A stretch of 64,000 bases of DNA, taken from positions 62,001 to 126,000 of IMG/VR virus record IMGVR_UViG_3300029945_000001. The stretch is one strand, 5' to 3'. Position numbers and translations under genes: made by a program. This document shows, piece after piece, positions 60,217 to 64,000 of this stretch; position 1 is the first letter of the stretch; each line of letters starts with the position of its first letter. The notes under the pieces were generated by a model. It searched no databases and had not been told where the DNA came from. It was given only the letters and a program-made list of their open reading frames with translations.

Positions 60217-61639
60217 CTACAGTTGAATTTCACAGTGTAGCAACCTTCTGCTCTGATCCGCACCGCCCCGCTGTGATCCGTTCTCCAGGAAAATGAGTGT
60301 CCTTTCTCATTTTAGTGTATTAGTCAACTGTGGGCTCTCGACCAAGGTGATGAAAATCATCTAAACCTGGGTATATGTTGAGAGTATAATTAAGATAGTG
60401 TTGTGACGAAGGTAACATCCGCGCCCTTCGCGTCAGGACGGCTAACCACATGCAGGTCAGTGTGCTAGCACAACACCGTAACATCTGCCACTAACATGCA
60501 ATCCGGCGACTATCAGTTTTCGAAGCATGTTTTAAAAGTCCTGATAATGCAGATGTATAGCAAATATCAAGTCGACTTGTAGAAATACAACATTCTGGTC
60601 AAGGTGCATGGAATTAACGGACCTAAACACCTTGTTGCGTCGGTTGACTTGAGAGTTCTCGTGTGGAGTTGTTGTCAATGCCGTGTCCTGGTCCTTGGAG
60701 GGGATGACGCCGTAGAAGATACCAATATGGAATACCGGAATATTCCCACATGAGCACGCTTTGTTTTCATGAGTTTTCTTTCTTTGTCCAAGTTACTGAA
60801 GATGATCTATAGCCATAGATCGAAACCTAGTTACGACGATGGTCTAACAGGCAGGACAAAGTACTGACCAGGTGTGCTGGCGCTGATATTATGCGACGTT
60901 TTATCGTTGCTGTAGATGCTGGCATATCGAAGATGTTTGTTGTGGTAAACACGCCGTTGAGATCAGCTATAGATGATCGATGATGTGGCGGTGTGCAATG
61001 AGATGATCATACGATTCCCAAGAAGGGAACTGTGATTATCTATGACTTATACACGACAGTGATCCATATGTGATCCATTGTGTGTTTGTTCTTTACATTG
61101 TTAATACCACGACGAACGTAATAACTGTGTGTTGTCTGGATAAGGGTCATGTATCCCGCAATCTGGTATCGCACTAACTCTGGTAGATATACAGTTGAGA
61201 CCGTGTCTCTAAATCTACAAGTGAGCATGTGTCTGGTGGGTTTGGGCTGAAAAAATGCCATCTGATCCACCAGACACATCTCGCGAAACCTCTTAAGTGG
61301 CGATACCGTTAGACTGAGACCCAGCTTGCTGACTAGCATTTTGTGCAGTTGGCTATGCGCGATTTATTTCGGGCATCTTCTGGCAGATATGTCGTTCTCC
61401 ACGAACCCTCCAGATCAGAGGACTTGCTCAAGATTGGTATCGTAGAGCAGGTAACTAATTTGTCCTGTAAACTATGTGATGTCGGAAAAGTCAGATCCGA
61501 TGATCTGATCAACATCATACTATCGGATGTAATGCCCCCATGGATGTTAATAGCATTTGCATTATGAGATCGGCAGATATACACATCTGATAGGAGTCGT
61601 ACCCCACACGATGAGCTCTGTGGAATCCAGAGCATCTGC
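60217..61639 (+). ncRNA. structured non-coding block A (back-to-back RNA modules)
   Basis: No credible ORF; about a dozen consecutive domains, each closed by a stem, mostly of 8-13 bp; promoter-like TATATTAA at 60179. Confidence 0.7.
60782..60861 (+). ncRNA. type I hammerhead ribozyme
   Basis: GTTA-CTGAAGA-t-GATCTAT(agcc)ATAGATC-GAAA-CC...GG-TC^TAAC, with stem I extended by CTTTGTCC/GGACAAAG. Confidence 0.85.
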
Positions 61640-61641
61640 AA

Positions 61642-61730
61642 GCGCGTATGGCGAAGCTGGCTGAAACGCATCAGACTTAAAATCTGACACATAAGAAACA
61701 CCGTGGGTTCGATCCCCACTACGCGCACCA
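61642..61730 (+). tRNA. tRNA-Leu(UAA)
   Basis: GCGCGTA/TACGCGC acceptor, TCAGA-CTTAAAA-TCTGA anticodon arm, T arm, CCA; variable region long but weakly paired. Confidence 0.9.
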
Positions 61731-61789
61731 TGAGGGGGTGTAAGTTATAACTTACACCCCTCCACCAACAATTTTCGATGACATACAAT

Positions 61790-61865
61790 GAGCACGTAAC
61801 TCAGTTGGTAGAGTACTCGACTTTTAATCGAGATGTCATGGGTTCGAGCCCCATCATGCTCACCA
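61790..61865 (+). tRNA. tRNA-Lys(UUU)
   Basis: CTCGA-CTTTTAA-TCGAG anticodon arm, 76 nt, CCA; one C.A mismatch in the acceptor stem. Confidence 0.92.
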
Positions 61866-61938
61866 TTTTTTTAAAACAAGAGACGAGCTTATCTATGTCT
61901 TCTTTTAGATATTGATAAACTCATGTTATAAAGGAAAT

Positions 61939-62014
61939 GGACGCGTAGCACAGCGGTTAGTGCCGACCGCTCATAACGGTCTGGTCGTAGGTTCGAATCC
62001 TACCGCGTCCACCA
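61939..62014 (+). tRNA. tRNA with CAU anticodon, probably tRNA-Ile2 (reads AUA after lysidine modification)
   Basis: GGACGCG/CGCGTCC acceptor, GACCG-CTCATAA-CGGTC anticodon arm; lacks initiator features. Confidence 0.85.
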
Positions 62015-62029
62015 ACCTTTTTCCATAAC

Positions 62030-63174
62030 GGTCTAGTTGGAAGTTCAGATCTCTCCGTACTGTAATAGGTAACCTCAGGAGATATAAGCATGACCAGATC
62101 ATGCAGGTTCGTTCTTCATAGATTGAACTTCTAAGACCACATCTGAGGTGCAATGCCTCGGCAGAGATAGCTATGTCATGTAGCATAAGTAAAAAAAACA
62201 CCAACGATGAAGTTGTACTCTCTAAAGAGTTAATGAACATGTTCAGACATCTTAGGTGAACATTTACACCTTCAAAAAGATGGTAGCAACAGTATGGGTG
62301 AGAACAAAGCCATCATGCTGGATATCTGGTAACAGTGTCCAGACCCATGTGCCCCCAAGAAACCATTGCGCTACGAGGATCTAGTGGAATTGATGCCATG
62401 CTTCGCATGCGCACAGGTTATAATAACCACATTGTCCTTATCTGAACATTTTTATTGACTCTCTCGGAGAAAACCCTCGTTTGTTGAAATGTTTATCACA
62501 AAGCTGTTATGACTCAATGACATAACAGTTTACCGCTTAAGGTTAACCATCTATCCCTCATCACCGTAGTACGCCTAGGAGTTGTCCTATGTGGTCCAAA
62601 ATGATGAATGATGAGCGGTGGCGAACAGCCGGGTTTGGAGACTGTGTGATATGGCCTCCTAACTGGGCTCTGTTGTTCTTTCATGCATTGACACCCAGTG
62701 TATCGAGAGAATATCGGTCCGTCTCGAACGGACAACTTTCCTGCTTTAGATCGTATGTTTTGGCATATGTCTTAATCCGCACCGGTCCGGCCGATGTATG
62801 GATATGGGCGTAACTCGTCAACGATCTGCTAACAGGCTGAAGAACATGGAAGGTATACCAGGACTACGATCGCCGGCTCTAACTTAAGTCATCTGGAGTC
62901 ACTCAGGGACTATCCTGCGGTGAACATACGATGAGAGTTATCTTGGGATCATTTCCGTATACACACAACTGCTGTGTCCATAAGTGTTCTGTGTCTGAAA
63001 GCAAGGCATGAAGTGATTTTGTCACCGCCAACCCGCTATGTGGGAGATCCGTGAAAAGGTCTCCCACTACGGTTTCTTTAGTGTAGATTAAGGTGAACAC
63101 CGAACACGGAATGGGCCTCCGCGCAACACAATCCCCCGATGTTGCTATGTTCGGTGTTCTCCTTAGTTTATACA
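62030..63174 (+). ncRNA. structured non-coding block B
   Basis: 20/21-bp stem 62227-62247/62441-62461, 12-bp stem 63095-63106/63148-63159 and many internal hairpins. Confidence 0.65.
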
Positions 63175-63242
63175 TATTAAATTCTTCAGGCAGCTGCTTA
63201 TTTTTTATTTCAAAGATAAATATATATTAATACATTGAATTC

Positions 63243-63322
63243 GCCGCAGTATCTCCTTGGCCTTCTAAGCTATTGAAAGAGTAACTGGACACATGGGGGT
63301 TCGAATCCCTCCTGCGGCGCCA
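63243..63322 (+). tRNA. atypical tRNA-Arg(UCU)-like RNA lacking a canonical D arm
   Basis: Perfect acceptor GCCGCAG/CTGCGGC+GCCA, T arm GGGGG-TTCGAAT-CCCTC, anticodon loop CTTCTAA; only 8 nt between acceptor and anticodon stems. Confidence 0.7.
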
Positions 63323-63393
63323 ATCATTTAAAATATTCTAATCCGGGATCGTCGGTCTGAGTCTGACCTGGAGACCACTAAGATACCATATAT

Positions 63394-63438
63394 CTTCTAA
63401 GCGGCAGGTCGTAGGTTCGAGTCCTACTGGGATCGCTA
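63394..63438 (+). pseudogene. 3' half of a canonical tRNA-Arg(UCU); 5' half missing
   Basis: CTTCTAA-GCGGC-AGGTC-GTAGG-TTCGAGT-CCTAC-TGGGATC-GCTA with no matching 5' acceptor, D or anticodon strand. Confidence 0.7.
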
Positions 63439-63872
63439 AGCTGCCATACATCTTCTTCAGTTTCGGGTCCTTCTGAGTAAGGCATTTGAGTATGCACACC
63501 GATCCATGAAAGTGGGGACAGTGTATCGGTTCTTTTAAAAGTTTTGGCTCCGTTAACTGAGTCTGGACTGCTCACCGGCATGTATGTGTCAGTGTTGTCG
63601 GAAAAGCATACAAATGCATTAATGGTTAGAGGGTGTCCATCTTCGGATCGGCATTTTGGCCATAGTCGCTAGAAATCAGTGAAACGGGCTGGTCTCGGGA
63701 TAAATTGTAAGTCTGACGACCGAGATAAGATTAATGACTTACCAAAGTCCTGGTGTGTTAAAAAACTTATGGTGATGTAACCAGGGATGCGAACTATGTT
63801 TGCCATCGGACGCCAAGCGATCGATGAAACCATTCTAAATTCCACTTAACTTTTAGGTCGATGTTATCGGGC

Positions 63873-63909
63873 TGTCACATGCATGGACGTAATGTCCATG
63901 TATGTGACA
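63873..63909 (+). terminator. hairpin ending the RNA cluster
   Basis: TGTCACATGCATGGAC-gtaat-GTCCATGTATGTGACA followed by TTATTTTTT. Confidence 0.75.
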
Positions 63910-64000
63910 AGTTCATTTATTTTTTAATACATTTTGAGTTTTATACAAAAAATAAATATATATTACTTATTTAGAAATATGGAGTGACTATCATGAATTA

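Noticed and set aside
61732-61767. hairpin ending in CCACCA, resembling a tRNA minihelix
   Set aside because: Fits the genome-wide palindromic hairpin family and has no T loop
62186-62259. tmRNA-like resume context (TAAGT...ACC AAC GAT GAA, reading TNDEVVL...)
   Set aside because: No tRNA-like domain (GGGG..GAC 5' end or T arm plus CCA with G3-U70) nearby in one- or two-piece arrangement, and the peptide lacks an Ala-rich end
63030-63189. minus-strand hammerhead-like CTGAAGA...GAAA
   Set aside because: Required U16.1 is absent and the helix relies on G-T pairs that work only on the + strand
61040-63581. short ORFs from the track in the RNA cluster (e.g. 61333-61788, 62903-63175)
   Set aside because: No RBS, atypical composition, and several overlap tRNAs on the opposite strand
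63621-63836. possible second hammerhead (CTGACGA at 63713, GAAAC near 63827)
   Set aside because: Stems I and II cannot be formed next to the core motifs
60200-63900. CRISPR array, RNase P RNA, SRP RNA or group I intron
   Set aside because: No direct repeats with spacers, and no GAGGAAAGTCC, SRP domain IV or group I core motifs recognised

Overview
AT-rich segment of a phiKZ-like jumbo phage genome. Evidence for this assignment: portal, tail tube and sheath with the divergent gp28/27/26-like structural block, prohead protease, large terminase with a class 3 intein, PhuZ tubulin, SNF2 helicase, and a recurrent TATATTAC early-promoter motif. Between the core genes lie many short early cassettes, each bounded by a long inverted-repeat hairpin followed by the promoter motif. 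They carry nucleotide-metabolism genes (thyA, class II nrdJ, MazG-like, NDT-like), candidate counter-defence genes (Acb1-like 2H phosphoesterase, macrodomain-SLOG fusion, HTH-less HigA-like domain) and decayed genes (a LigA remnant). The most striking part is the last ~3.9 kb (60058-63910), which has no credible protein genes. It holds four canonical tRNAs reading A-ending codons, separated by about 3 kb of GC-richer, densely base-paired DNA organised as back-to-back RNA modules. These include a complete type I hammerhead ribozyme, pseudoknots, a tRNA-Arg(UCU)-like RNA with no D-arm and a D-loop-like motif 3' of the anticodon arm, and a remodelled tRNA half. All protein calls rest on motif recognition by eye; no database searches were run.
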